From assembly GCA_030390025.1 (NCBI GenBank), contig JASTWF010000036.1:2232001-2296000 (forward strand): 64,000 bases of DNA, written 5' to 3'. Below the pieces are notes generated by a model. The model had not been told where the DNA came from. It saw only the letters and a list, made by a program, of their open reading frames with translations, and searched no databases. This document shows, one piece after another, positions 23,103-35,236 of the stretch. Source of the stretch: Squalus acanthias. Taxonomy: Eukaryota. A program made the translations under genes and the position numbers. Positions within the stretch are counted from its first letter, which is position 1. Every line of letters starts with the position of its first letter.

Positions 23103-23200
23103 TCAGGTGAGGTAGAATAGAAAAAGAACACGCTGGAAATACTAAACAATCTTCACATATGCATTTACGATGTTGACACAGAGCAATCCTTACCCCAGTG

Positions 23201-23510
23201 TAGGGTTGCCAACCCTCCTGGATTGCCCTGGAGTCTCCAGGATTTAAGACTAATCTCCAGGACACTGCTGCGAACAACCTGGGAGAAAAATCATAGAGGC
23301 GATCAAAAAATTTGTGTTTTTAGATATACAAATATCGGGCATGGGAAAAAAAGGCTGTTTGACTGACTGTCAAGAATCATCCAATCGGATAACGAAGAGT
23401 CTTTCTGCTTTTTGATTGGCGTGGGAAGGCGGTGTGCCACAAGGATGGACATGTTGGGCAACCAATGGCAGGAGTGTGGGGGCGGGGTGGGAACACAGGA
23501 ACCACGTGAC
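23201..23510 (-). mobile_element. hAT-type MITE, truncated
   Basis: Starts TAGGGTTGCCAACCCT; reverse copy of 21282-21646. Confidence 0.75.
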
Positions 23511-23511
23511 T

Positions 23512-23857
23512 TAGAATCATAGAATCGCACAGCAAAGGAGGAGGCCATTCGGCCCATCGTGTCTGTGCCGGCTCTTTGAAAGAGCTCTCCAATTAGTCCC
23601 ACTCCCCTGTGAATTTCTCCCCTTCGAGTATTTATCCGATTCCCCTTTTGAAAGTTACTATTGAATCTGCTCCCACCGCCCTTTCAGGCAGCACATTCCA
23701 GATCACAACAACTCGCTGCGTTAAAAAATTCTCATCTCGCCCCCTGGATTTTTTTGCCAATTATCTTAAATCTGTGCCCTCTGGTTACCGACCCTCCTGC
23801 CACTGGAAACAGTTTCTCCTTATTTACTCTATCGAAACCCTTCATAATTTTGAACAC
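23512..23857 (-). mobile_element. CR1 3' fragment
   Basis: (AGAATCAT)n tail and reverse complement of the CR1 ORF2 end. Confidence 0.85.
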
Positions 23858-23949
23858 AATGCATCTTTAAAAAGAAGTAAAACACACACACGAAGAATAA
23901 AACCCTGGTGACAAAGATCAATCGCGTTCGGTGTTTTTTTCTTTTAAAG

Positions 23950-24278
23950 AAAGAACATAGACTTACACAGTAACCAATTTTCACACAGCAAAGTCCCCCA
24001 AACAGCAAATGAATGACTGGATAAACTGTTTTGGCTGTGCTGATTGGAGGAGGAATGTTGGTCAGGTCACTACGAGAAGTTCCTACTCTTCCTTGAATAG
24101 TACCATGGGATCTTCTCCATACAGCTGAGAGGCAGGGGACCTGAAGCATAGCACCTCTGACAATGTAGCACTCCTTCAGCACTGCACTGCAGTGTCAGCC
24201 TGCATTATGTGCTCAAGTCTCTGGAGTGGCACCTGAACCTTCTACTCAAAGGTGATTCTGCTAATTAAGCCAAAGTGA
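23950..24278 (-). mobile_element. Old DeuSINE
   Basis: Diverged match to 22637-23102. Confidence 0.7.
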
Positions 24279-24829
24279 CGAGCTTTTGGATAGTGGTTTT
24301 CAAAACTTTTCCGTGTGGGGGGACCCCTGTAAATATCAAGACACTGCCAGGACCAATGTCCCCGCTAAGCTGCCAGTTTTTACATGGAAGAAACCGCGCA
24401 GCCAGTTAAAGGGACCGCGCACGAATAAAAAAAATTCGAGGGAACATTGGCCAGGACCCGCTGCAAGTCTTTGCATACTTGGAGGGAGCCCCTGAAAACA
24501 GACACGCGCCTGGGGACTCCCTGTTCTGCCTTAACTCTTGTCAGTCTGTGCCTATGTTCTGAGGACTTGGATAAGTGGCGTGTATCCCTGCAGGGAGAGA
24601 GTGTGCACTCCATATTGGGCAGAGACTACCTCTGTGGACTTTTCAGTAGGTTAGTTTAGAGACGCTTAAGTGATACGTTTCTGCATGTGGCAGATGTTGG
24701 GGTGGCCAAAAGAAACTCCTGCTCCAGTAGCGTGCCTTAACCCCAATTTTGCATTATACAATAGAACGTGGGGCTAAGCCTAACATGTGTGTCATCTCAC
24801 AAACTCCCCCATATTCCTTCCATCGCAAA

Positions 24830-25330
24830 GACTATTTTCTTCCACCTCTGGATCGTTGCCTACCTTCGTACCATTTCTGTCAAAACCCTTATACATGCCT
24901 TCAAGTCACCTCCAGACTTGACTCTTCCAATGCTCTCCTAGCTGGCCTCACCTTCCTCTGCCCTCCATCAACTCCAAGTTATTCAAAACTCTGCTGCCCG
25001 TATCCTGTCCCACACTAAATGCTGCTCACCCATCACTCTGTCCTACAATGGCTCCCCATCCCCTAAAGCATCAAATTGAAAATTCTCAACCTCATCCATC
25101 CATGGCCTCGCCCCACCCTTTCTCCACAATCTCCTCCAGTCCTTTATTCCCCCTCCCCGAACACTCTATTCCTCTGACTGTAGTCTTTTATGCTCCTTTG
25201 CCCCGTCATGGGCCTTCTCAAAACCCATCTCTTCAACGAAGCCTTTGGTCACCTCTTCTAACTTCTCCCCTCCTGGCTCGGTGACAATTTGTGCTCACTC
25301 CTCTCTGCAAAGCACCATGGGACTCTCTTT
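24830..25330 (+). mobile_element. L2 LINE 3' fragment, degraded
   Basis: VTSRLDSSNALLAGL-like RT C-terminus; matches L2 at 49924-51127. Confidence 0.7.
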
Positions 25331-25811
25331 AGGTGAAGGCAAAAGCAAGCTGTTGTTGATGCACATACTTCGAAGTTAAGGGAAGATGTAAATCATTAAA
25401 CAAATCTTGCTCTGTGTCGGGTTGACAGGACAAATCTTTTTCAAAAGCTGGAATCAATTTTAGAGGATTTGTTATAATTATGTTGTAGAAATGTATCAAG
25501 TCTCTATTTCAATCAATACAGATATGGCCGATGCTTTTCTGAACTTAACTCTGTCGTTCCGCTCTGGCCAGGCATCAAGTAAATCATCCTACAGTCTACT
25601 TCCCCTCACCGCATTCAAATCAAAAGCATTGCACCACCTCCTACTTTGATACAAGTACAAAGCGGTCTGGGAGGCTCACTCAGCACAACCTCCTCCCTCC
25701 ACCCCCATACTCCCTCCTTCCTCAGCACAACAACCCCCCGAACCCACTCCCCTCTCCCTCCCCAAACCACATCTCAGCAGGTGAATACAGGCCACCTACA
25801 GTCAAGACAAT

Positions 25812-26073
25812 GGGCCACAAATTGCTGGGAAGTCGCGCCATTGAAATGACAGGTGAGCATCGCACACCATTATTAGTTCGTAACAGATTCAGCAATTTGC
25901 GGAGAGCTACGCCATGAGTTCGGAAGGTCCCAGTTGCGACATTGAGCGCGCTGCGCCGTTAGCGGATCAACGTTCCAGCAATTTGCGCCGCAAATATATG
26001 TCAATGGTGAGCATAAAAAGTCCCATTAACGTCGGTCGCCACCAAAACCCGCCACTGCAGCAATTTCCGGCCC
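25812..26073. mobile_element. Harbinger-type MITE (262 bp)
   Basis: TIRs GGGCCACAAATTGCTG / CAGCAATTTCCGGCCC; exact 3-bp TSD AAT. Confidence 0.85.
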
Positions 26074-27115
26074 AATGACTCAAACCAATATAACAATTAG
26101 CGGCCAGTACTGACCCCTCCCGCACCGCTCTCTGACCGAACTCAACCCTAGAGACCAAGAACAGATTGCTTCAACCTCAAAACTCGTGTTGCTCCCAGCG
26201 CATACACAGCCAGAGCAAGAACCCTCAGTGAACCCATCTCACAAGCACTATATAGTCCAAATGTACAATAGATTTATCAATTACACAGGTGAATTTAAAC
26301 TCCTGAAAAGCTAGTCAAGCAGAATATAAAACGAGGAACAGTAGGTCCTGCACCCTCTTTGGCCGAACAAACTTTTCAGTCTACAGTTTTCAAGTTGTAT
26401 ACAATGCTGGGGTTATTATCCCTACTGTGTTCCTGTTCAGACTGTTTTCTCCATGTATTTGGTACCTTAGAGTTTAAAAAAAAGGGAATAGGATCGAGTT
26501 TCTAAGTAAGTGTGGTTGGCCAGCATATATAAGGAAATCAAAGGAATCGCTTGCAGTTTTGGGAAAATTGGACCGTAGCATTTTAAAAGCAGAAAACCCA
26601 GTAGTGCAGAGGGCACACTGAATTGGGGTACCAACGCTCTGTGCCATAAACTGGTAAGACATGGATTTGCACACATGGTTCCTGGCAAGGCAAGTTACTG
26701 GTATCAGTCAGGCCAGCTCAGCGAAGGGGCTGGGCAGAGTCAAGTACCCTCCATCGGCAAGGAGGAAGTAAGGAAGAAAAAAAGTCAGGTCAAGCCATGC
26801 TTTTGGTCGCGCACCTCCAAGCGACTGGTTGCAAAGTGCTGTTGGCAAAGGCCCAATTGGCTACTCCTAGAAACTAATATTGGGTAGAAGATTTAATATA
26901 GGAATAAAGTTAGGATTTTTATCAATGGGATAAATGCAACCATTCCTTTGAAAGTATAGATAGGAGGCAGTGTTACTTGGGCCTTCGGCCTGTCCATCCA
27001 ATGGATGGTTAGCACTATAAAAAGACTCTACCTTGTCCATATTGCCAACATAATAAGGATGGTACAGTATTAATGCTGTGCTACCACGTGTCATCGACCC
27101 TTTGTAAATTCTGCA

Positions 27116-27255
27116 GGGCTGATTTTAACTGTTGACGGGGTCTAAAACGGGCGGGAGTGGATCGACAGCCAGCCTGATTTTTCGTCCGGTTGTATAACGG
27201 GAGGCCAATCCACTACCGCATGTTTCACACTCCCGCCGATACTTAAAATTAGCCC
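27116..27255. mobile_element. Small Harbinger-type MITE (140 bp)
   Basis: TIRs GGGCTGATTTTAA / TTAAAATTAGCCC; TSD degenerate. Confidence 0.6.
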
Positions 27256-27309
27256 TTACATCATATCTACAAGCCAAAGAGTTGGTTGTTTTTAAGCAAT
27301 GGTGAGGGA

Positions 27310-27900
27310 CGAGAATAGGCCTTTTGGCCCATTGCTGACTGTCCCTCTAATACTCTTACTTAGCTAGCTTAGCATCAACTGCATATTGAATCCTCTTAAG
27401 TGTCTGACTGTCACCATATTTTTCGAAGATCAGTTTTAATTTTACTTTCTATTCAGTTTAATTCATGTGCTACAGGTCAGACTTACCTTGAAGTAATATT
27501 CTGGGTTCACTTTCTCTGTACCATTTATTACTTTATCTATTTCAGTGAGGTTCCCCTTAATTGTCTCCCTAGGCCATAGAGCTTAAGATTCACTATGCTT
27601 TCCTCATAGCTCATCCCCTTTATACGCGAGATCAGTTCGTTGCTCTTTTCTGCGCTCGCCGCCAATACAGAATGCTAATGATGGTAAATGGGAGCTGAAG
27701 AACCCAGTTTTTGACAACTCAATTCCTATTTGCCCAACTATAAACAGGGTATAAAGGGACTCTCTTTCACAGGTCTGTATTTGATTGTGATGGGGCCTAT
27801 TTCTGTGTTCGCTTTTCTGCTCTTTTTTATGAAATATCACCTCGCTCTAAAGCAGATATTCTCTAAATATTTTATTATTTAGGACATTTCCTGGCCATCG
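27310..27900 (-). mobile_element. Very old CR1 fragment
   Basis: Minus strand resembles QKRAT.LI...KGMSYEE and later ORF2 C-terminal motifs, with many stops. Confidence 0.55.
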
Positions 27901-29379
27901 CTGGGAACTTCTGCTGAAATGGGGGCAGAGTTTTACCGTGGCAGGCCTTGGAGGTTCTTAAAGGGCTAATGGAATGATACCAGGACTTAAAGGGTTAAAT
28001 TGTGAGGCCAGGTTGGATTCCCTTGAGTACAGAAGATTGAGGGATGATCTAATCAAGGGCCGTGATTTTCCCTACTTCGGCGGGTGATGTCAGTGGCGGG
28101 TCCCGGCCCCGTTGCTGTCGTCATCCCAGCCTCCGAAATGAATTTCCCCTGATTGGGCTTGTTAAGCCCCACCCAGCGCGTTTCCCGGCCAATTAGAGGA
28201 AGCGGGTCTGGTGACATCATTTGATGATACGTCATCAGCCGGTTTCCTTAAAGGGACCATGGCCAACTTTCTTTTGACATTTGTGCTGTCAGTGTTCTAC
28301 AGCATTGAGGTGCTGCAAACACTGACAATCACGGCACAAAGGCACAGGGCTGCACCCAGGCTCTTCCAGGACTCCCTCCATATGCTTATGGAGGGAGTCA
28401 CAGCACACAGGGAGGTCCGCTTCCCTTCCCATGGGCGGAAGAGACCTCCCCAGGAGATCAACGCAGCCTGGTGACACATTGCAGAGGAGGGCACAAGCAG
28501 GGATGTGGTCAGGAGGACCTGGGTGCTGTGCCACAAACGTTTCAATGATCTCAGTAGATCACGAAACGTTAGTACAAAGCCACACTCAACCTCATCCCGC
28601 TGTGTCTCTCATCACATCCCCATCACTACACAGGATCACACAGGATATACAGCACAGAAACAGGCCATTCGGCCCAACCAGTCCATGCTCCACTCGAGCC
28701 TCCTCCTGTCTTTCCTCATCTAAATCTATCAGCATAACCCTCGATTCCTTCTCCCTCATATGCTTATCTAATCGCCCCTTAAATGCATCTGTACTATTCG
28801 CTTCAACCACTCCCTGTGGTAGCGAGTTCCACATTCTCACCACTCTGGGTAAAGAAGTTTCTTCTGAATTCCCTATTGGATTTCTTGGTGACTATCTTAT
28901 GTTGATGGCCTCTAGTTTTGCTCTTCCCCACAAGTGGAAACATTCTCTCTGTATCCACTCTATCAAAACCCCTCAGCCTTCTTTTTTCAAGAGAAAAGGG
29001 ACCCAGCCTGTTCATCCTTTCCTGATATGTATACCCTCGCATTTCTGGTATCATCCTTGTAAATCTTCTCTGCACCCTCTCCAGTGCCTCTATATCCTTT
29101 TTATAATATGGCGACCAGAATTGTACGCAGTACTCCAAGTGTGGTCTAACCAGGGTTCAATACAAGTTTAGCATAACTTCACTATTTTTCAATTCTATCC
29201 CTCTAGAAATAAACTCTAGTGCTTGGTTTGCTTTTTTTATGGCCTTGTTAACCTGCGTCGATACTTTTAGTGATTTGTGTATTTGTACTCCGAGATCCCT
29301 TTGTTCCTCTACCCCATTTAGATTCTTATTTTCCAAGTAATATGTGACCTCCCTATTTTTCATACCAAAATGTAATACC

Positions 29380-30608
29380 GTCTCTGCCGCAACTGCTCTG
29401 ACGATGCCACCTTCCATACCAGTGCTTCTGACATGTCTTCCTTTTTCCTCAACCGAGGATTCCCCTCTACAGTGGTTGACACGGCCCTTGACCGTGTCCG
29501 TTCTATCTCCCGCACTTCTGCCCTCACCCCTGCCCCTCCCTCCCGGAACCACGACAGAGTTCCCCTTGTCCTCACCTTTCACCCCACCAGCCTCCACATT
29601 CAACGGATCATCCTCCGCCATTTCCGCCACCTCCTGCGTGATCCCACCACCAAACGCATCTTCCCCTCACCTCCCCTTTCAGCATTCCGCAGGGACCGCT
29701 CCCTCCGCGACACCCTAGTCCACTCCTCTATCACCCCCAACACCCCTTCCCCTTCGCCCGGCACCTTCCCGTGCAAGCGCAGGAGATGCAACACATGCCC
29801 TTATACCTCCCCCCTTCTCACTGTCCAGGGCCCCAAACACCCCTTCCAGGTGAAACTTGTACTTCCTGCAATTTAGTATACTGTATTCGCTGCTCACGAT
29901 GTGGTCTCCTCTACATTGGGGAGACCAAACGCAGATTGGGTGACCGCTTTGCGGAACACCTCCGTTCAGTCCGTAAGGGGGACCCCGAGCTTCCGGTCGC
30001 CGATCACTTTAATTCTCTGCTCCACTCCCACTCAGACCTCACCGTCCTCGGCCTCTTGCATTGTTCCACTGAAGCTCAGCGTAAGCTCGTGGAACAGCAC
30101 CTCATCTTTCGATGAGGCACTCTACAGCCCTCTGGAATCAACATCGAGTTCAACAATTTCAGATCATAACCTCGGCCCCTATCATATATATATTTTTTAT
30201 CCACACTCTTTGTCTGTCTTTTTTTTTCTTCTCACCCACATGGCAGCTGTCTTTCATTCTGCCAGCACAATTCACACTTCATCTAGAGCCATCCTTTGTT
30301 TCTTAACCTGTCCCATTACCATCTCATTTTGCCTTGAATATCTCTTAATGTCTCTTAACCTCTTCCGCCTTCTATCCTATCACAGACCTTCCCTTTTGTT
30401 CTTTCATCCCCTCCCCCCTTTCCCAGCTCCTACACTTGCTTAAAAATCTGTTCCATTTCCTGCTTTTTTCCAGTTCTGACGAAGGGTCATCGACCTGAAA
30501 CGTTAACTCTGTTTCTCTCTTCACAGATGCTGCCTGACCTGCTGAGTTTCTCCAGCATTTTATGTTTTTATTTCAGATTTCCAGCATCTGCAGTATTTTC
30601 TTTTGTAT
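29380..30608 (+). mobile_element. Penelope-like (Neptune-type) retroelement, 5'-truncated
   Basis: RT C-terminus (RVPLVLTFHP), Cys linker CKRRRCNTC, GIY-YIG domain (LVYCIRCSRCGLLYIGETKRRLGDRFAEH...HFN...EQHLI); frameshift and stop; exact 10-bp TSD ATGTAATACC (29370-29379, 30609-30618). Confidence 0.93.
30472..30508 (+). ncRNA. Minimal type-I hammerhead ribozyme (family A) in the Penelope 3' pLTR
   Basis: AGTT-CTGACGA-A-GGGTC(ATC)GACCT-GAAA-CG-TT-AACT; palindromic helix III ACGT. Confidence 0.82.
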
Positions 30609-30665
30609 ATGTAATACCTCACATTTATCTGTGTTGAATTTCATTTGCCAATTATGTGTCCATTC

Positions 30666-31595
30666 TTCCTCTTCCGAGCACTTCTATGTGGTGCAACCCC
30701 TGTGACTTCAGCAGAGATTGGAGGCAGGCTGCTCAGATCCCTGCTCTGACTGCTGAGATGCTATTGTCCGACGTCCTCTGGGTTTTGGAGCTCGTGAGGG
30801 CCCTGCCAAAGACTGGTCCACCTCCACTGTCGCAGGAGCAGACTTGGCCATTGGAACACGAGGCAGCATATGGGGTACTGACTGAGGGGGGGCAACGGGT
30901 GAGAAGTGGAAGCGTTTTGAGCTGAGTCCCCACTTCCATGCCCCTTTCACCATCATCCCTCTCATGGCCCAGCCACACTTCTCTGCTAGCAAGGAGCTGG
31001 AGAACACTGTGCTGCAGATCAGTGGGGCAATGAAAGGTGGCAATCATAGTGTGCAAGCCATTGGTGAAGGCCTGCATGCACTTGTGTGACTGCCATGTTT
31101 GATGCTCCATGCAGGCGGTCAATCTTTCCATGGACGAAGACATCATCACAAATACCTGCGACATCATGCCACGCATGCTTGAGCTGGACTCCTTCAATCT
31201 CTCTGCTAAGCATGCACAGTGTGGGTGGAAAGACTGCCAGTACATCGCACATTCTTTGCTGCTGCTCCAGAATTATCCTCTCCATCGACGACCCCCGAGG
31301 TTCAGCATCTGCGTCCAGCTGAGCAGAGCTTGGAGCGTCCTGCGGCCTCTGACGCGGACTCTCCACTGCTGACCCTGCTGACCCTGTCTCCACCATCTGC
31401 TCTTGCTCACTTGTATTGTGTGAGTCACCAGGTGAAAACCCAACTATCTTCCTTCCTGATCCCACTGAAGTGTGAGTATCTGAGCTGGTCCATGGTCTGC
31501 AGGAGTCCTGTGATGGTGCACCTTCAGAGTGAGTGGACCTCCTCTGAGGAGTCATCCTCCTCCTCCTGCAACACCTCCTGCAGGAGTCTTGAAGG
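30666..31595 (-). pseudogene. Harbinger Myb-like gene C-terminal segment, fused to the CR1 5' end
   Basis: EEEDDS...SSDTHTSVG...SSAQLDADAEP...EESSSSM, similar to the last exon at 60148-60770; orientation opposite to the host Myb exon at 28330. Confidence 0.7.
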
Positions 31596-33353
31596 CCCCA
31601 TCACTCTGCCTTCCCTACCCTACTCCTGCGCATCCTTACTCACACCAACTTACCTTGCACCTCCACCCATCCCTCTCTATCTACATTATCACATCCCCAT
31701 CTCACTAGCCACCCCTCACACTCACCCTCATCCGAGTACAATCATACCAACTAACAACACACCAGGGTAGGCACTTGGGTGTTTTATTCAATGTTCATGT
31801 GAAGTTTCTGTTACTGTGGTGTCAAACATTGAAACCTTTATTTTCAACACTTTGCGTTCTTAGACAGATTTGTGTGCACCTTTGGAAGTGGCTTAGTGAA
31901 TTGCACTGAATGGTGAGACATAACGGTACCCCTCTCAATGGTGATGAGTGTGAAAGGAATGGCTTGGGCATTGTAGGGATGCTTTATGGTGTTGGTGTGG
32001 GGTGGTGCCAACCTGGCGCATCATGTGGCAGCCAGGGTGTACAGCATCAAGTGAAGTAAATCTGGCCATGGTGAGGCCATCCCTGGCAGCAATGTGATCA
32101 GGTGCTGATGCCCCCTGTCCTGTGCAGCATCAGGTGATTGCGGAGAAGGTTGGTGGTCCTGTTGGTGCTGCTGGTGTTGGGGCTGATCGTGGTGGGCTTC
32201 TGAGGACCAAGGTGAGATAGTTTCAAGGGCACCCATGCTGATGGAATAGATGGCAGGTGAAGTGGAGAGGACAGAAGCGATCTGTCAATGGTGAGAGAGG
32301 TAATGAGGTCAGACTGGATGGAGACTTGTGTAAAGACTTGCAGCATGGTGAATCTGTAGTGGAAATGCAGTGAGGAAGAGCTTGTGGCTGAGGGAAGATA
32401 TCTCTGTAAGGTGGGAGCTTTTACTGTACATTTGAAGCTGTCAACTCAACAGCTGATTCAATGGCCACTGACCTCCCGCCTCAGCTTCTCAGACATGGTC
32501 CACGACCAGCTTGGACCCCGTGGGCGAGCTGTCAAATGCAGAAGGTGAGCTCAAATACATTCTTAAGTGGCTCTAAACAAGCCACTAATGACCTGAATTG
32601 GGTCCTCTGCCACTGCCTGTCGGGTCTGCTCAGCGCTGACAGACCCGACATCAGGGAAAGGCGCGTGGTGGCAGGTTCACAGCGGGGTCCCGACCCGCTG
32701 GGGGGAAAAAAACACTTTCCCACCCGACCCGCCACTGATTGCGCCCGCTGACCCCCCAGAAAATTCAGCCCTGAGTATTTAAAATGATTATGGGATTAGA
32801 TACAGAAAAGCTATTGTTTTTTATTAGGTAAGGGTATCAAGGGATATGGAGGTAAGGCAGGTAGATGGAGTGAAGGTACAGATCAGCCATGATCTAATTG
32901 ACTGGTGGAACAGGCTCGAGGGGCTGAATGGCCTACAACTATTCCTATGTAATGTAGGGGTGCAGGCCCAGTGCTGCTTGTGAAACGGGGCATTTCTTTC
33001 AAACAAAATTGCTATTTACCATTTGGGCCGGTGCATTCCATCACTCTGACAGCAATTGCACAGGTTCTACAATTCTGAAACATTTCTGGGTGCCTCCTCC
33101 ACTGACTTTGGAATGCTGGATGCCTGAGCCGAACAGGCAAATTTGTCTCGAATTCAAACAATGCAAATAGAGGGAAATAAATGGACAGGCATACTGAACA
33201 ACACCAGGCCGAGGGGGCAGGAATTGTGAGGGAACACAGCAGGAGGCCAGGTCACAGTGGAGTGCATCCTTGAGCAACTTTCCGCCCCTCCCTGCCCGAT
33301 ATTGCTGTCCTGGTCTGAGACTGGTAAGTGCAGGGTGCAAAGCACGGCCTGGC

Positions 33354-34627
33354 TCGGGTTCCCAACTCTAGTTGGATGTATTCCTGGAGGTTTCATGCCT
33401 CCAACCGCCCCGCCCCCCACACTTCTGCCATTGGTCACCCGACATGTCCATCCTCGCAGCGCCCCGCCTCCCCACAGCCAATCGGAAAGCGAACAGACTC
33501 TTCATTCTCATTGGATGATTCTTGACTATCAGTCAAACAGCCTTTTCTTCCCCATCACCAACATTTTTATAACTAATAAACAAAAGTGTTCAAAGAAAAT
33601 GAAAAGAAAACACAATGGGGTAAAAATTAGGTCGCGCCCCATTTGGGGCGCAAATATCGTCTGGACGCAAATATTAGCGCCTGGCGCTAATTATCGGCAC
33701 TGACTGGAAACTTCACTTTTACCGCCCCGGGAGGTGAGTGGAGCGCTAAATCAGGCGCTACACACCTGTCTTAAGGCGCAAAGGCCGAGCAGTGAGGCGC
33801 TAACTCAGAGCGCTGGCGAAGCTCATGTAATGTCAGTCAGCAATGGAACACACACACAATGGCACGGGCCAGTTCTTAAAGGGGATGGTTAATCTTGCTT
33901 TCCATCCACATCCTGTTCATTGCAGCCTTGAATCTCGGCCTGGAGAGATTTGCACATCAAATGTGCTGGAAAGAACAATGGAGAGTACCAGGCAAAGAGC
34001 TCAGAGTGCAGCTCCGACAGTCTCTGCTAAATCGATACAAGGAATGGCAAATCAAAATGAACCTGCAAAGTGCTGCTCAGTACCCAAAACTCCTTCACAC
34101 AACGTTGAATCTCTCCAGAAGTCTCTCCCTCTCTCTCTCAGAATGCGTAGTTCAAAAATGCCACCAACAATAAAAGACAGGAAGAGGCCCCCTTTAAATA
34201 GCGCCCCCCCCCAGCCCCACAGCGATTGATAGCGTTCCAGTCTTCTGGTCGTTGGATGCGCCAGGCGGTAAGGCAGGGGGCGCCACTCAATTTCCGCTCC
34301 GGGGCGCCACAAGGGCGTTGCACCATGGAATGACGTCACAATCTGCGCGCGCAGGTGGTCACAGCGGTAAGTTTTAGCGCCGCCGCACAATCTCTAGTTA
34401 AGTTCCCGAGCGGCGCAAACATCGCTGCGCCCGGGCGTTAGCGGCTTTGCGCCCCATTAGCGCCCTCTTAAGGCGCTAACGGGAGGCGCAACCAACTGAA
34501 TTTTTACCCCAATATTTTTTAATGTCCCGGTGATTTTTCTCCCGGGTGTTGCTCGCAGCAGTGTCCTGGAGATTAATCTTCAATTCCTGGAAACTCCAGG
34601 GCAATCCTGGAGGAGTTGGCAACCCTA
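33354..34627 (+). mobile_element. hAT-type MITE containing a nested Harbinger MITE
   Basis: TCGGGTTCCCAAC / GTTGGCAACCCTA; exact 8-bp TSD GGCCTGGC (33346-33353, 34628-34635). Confidence 0.88.
33617..34510. mobile_element. Harbinger-type MITE (894 bp)
   Basis: TIRs GGGGTAAAAATT / AATTTTTACCCC; exact TSD AAT. Confidence 0.88.
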
Positions 34628-35236
34628 GGCCTGGCTTCGACAGTCGCGAGATAGCCCTCTTTACAGGCGTACCCAGAGCTCCACTTTACAGCTGCGCATT
34701 GTTTTGCTGTTTTGAGAGTGCACACGAGAGCGAACACTTTCTCACAACATTAAGAGAGACTGTGCAGTAAGTTGACAAAAGTGTCCGGTGGATCCGATCA
34801 TGAGCACTTTTTAAACTTGGCTTCCACACCGGACTGGAATTATACTCCACATCGTGCCAAGCCCATGTGGTTGGAGATGACCACTCTTGAGAGCCGGGTG
34901 GAGCATCTCTTTGTGTGCTCTGCAGTCAGATGGGGGATCAGATTTTGGAGTTATGCTGCCACTCCCTGGTCAATGCGCAGGCAAATCTGCTTTGCACTGA
35001 TGTGAAAGTGGAAGTATACAGGCCAAGAATGGCACTTGGGAGCCCAGCCATCTGTGGAGTCATGTTCCAGTAAGAATTGGTACTTTCCAAGGAGGATTGG
35101 GGAAGAGAAATCAAAAGGTGATCTTAAACTTATTATTTGCAATGAATTATCAAGAAGGAAAAGGAGCGCCAGGCATGTTCGCCCTCCAGGGTACAATTCC
35201 CTATTACTGTACTTGAGAGATTCAGGGAAAAACAAT

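Larger units (their letters stand above)
28628..30665 (-). mobile_element. CR1 3' fragment (interrupted by Penelope)
   Basis: [30 protein letters not shown]; resumes at 30609-30665 after the Penelope insertion. Confidence 0.9.
28057..32771. mobile_element. Defective Harbinger element inserted in a CR1 3' fragment (27945-28056 + 32772-32950)
   Basis: TIRs GGGCCGTGATTTTC / GAAAATTCAGCCC; flanks CAA/TGA. Myb/SANT exon remnant on + at ~28330-28568 (RAAPRLF..LMEGVTAHREV..AAW..RRTWVLCHKRFNDLSR). Probable transposase 5' remnant on - near 32020-32350. Confidence 0.8.

Noticed and set aside
28431..29171. 246-aa ORF
   Set aside because: Out-of-frame Harbinger sequence read into antisense CR1.
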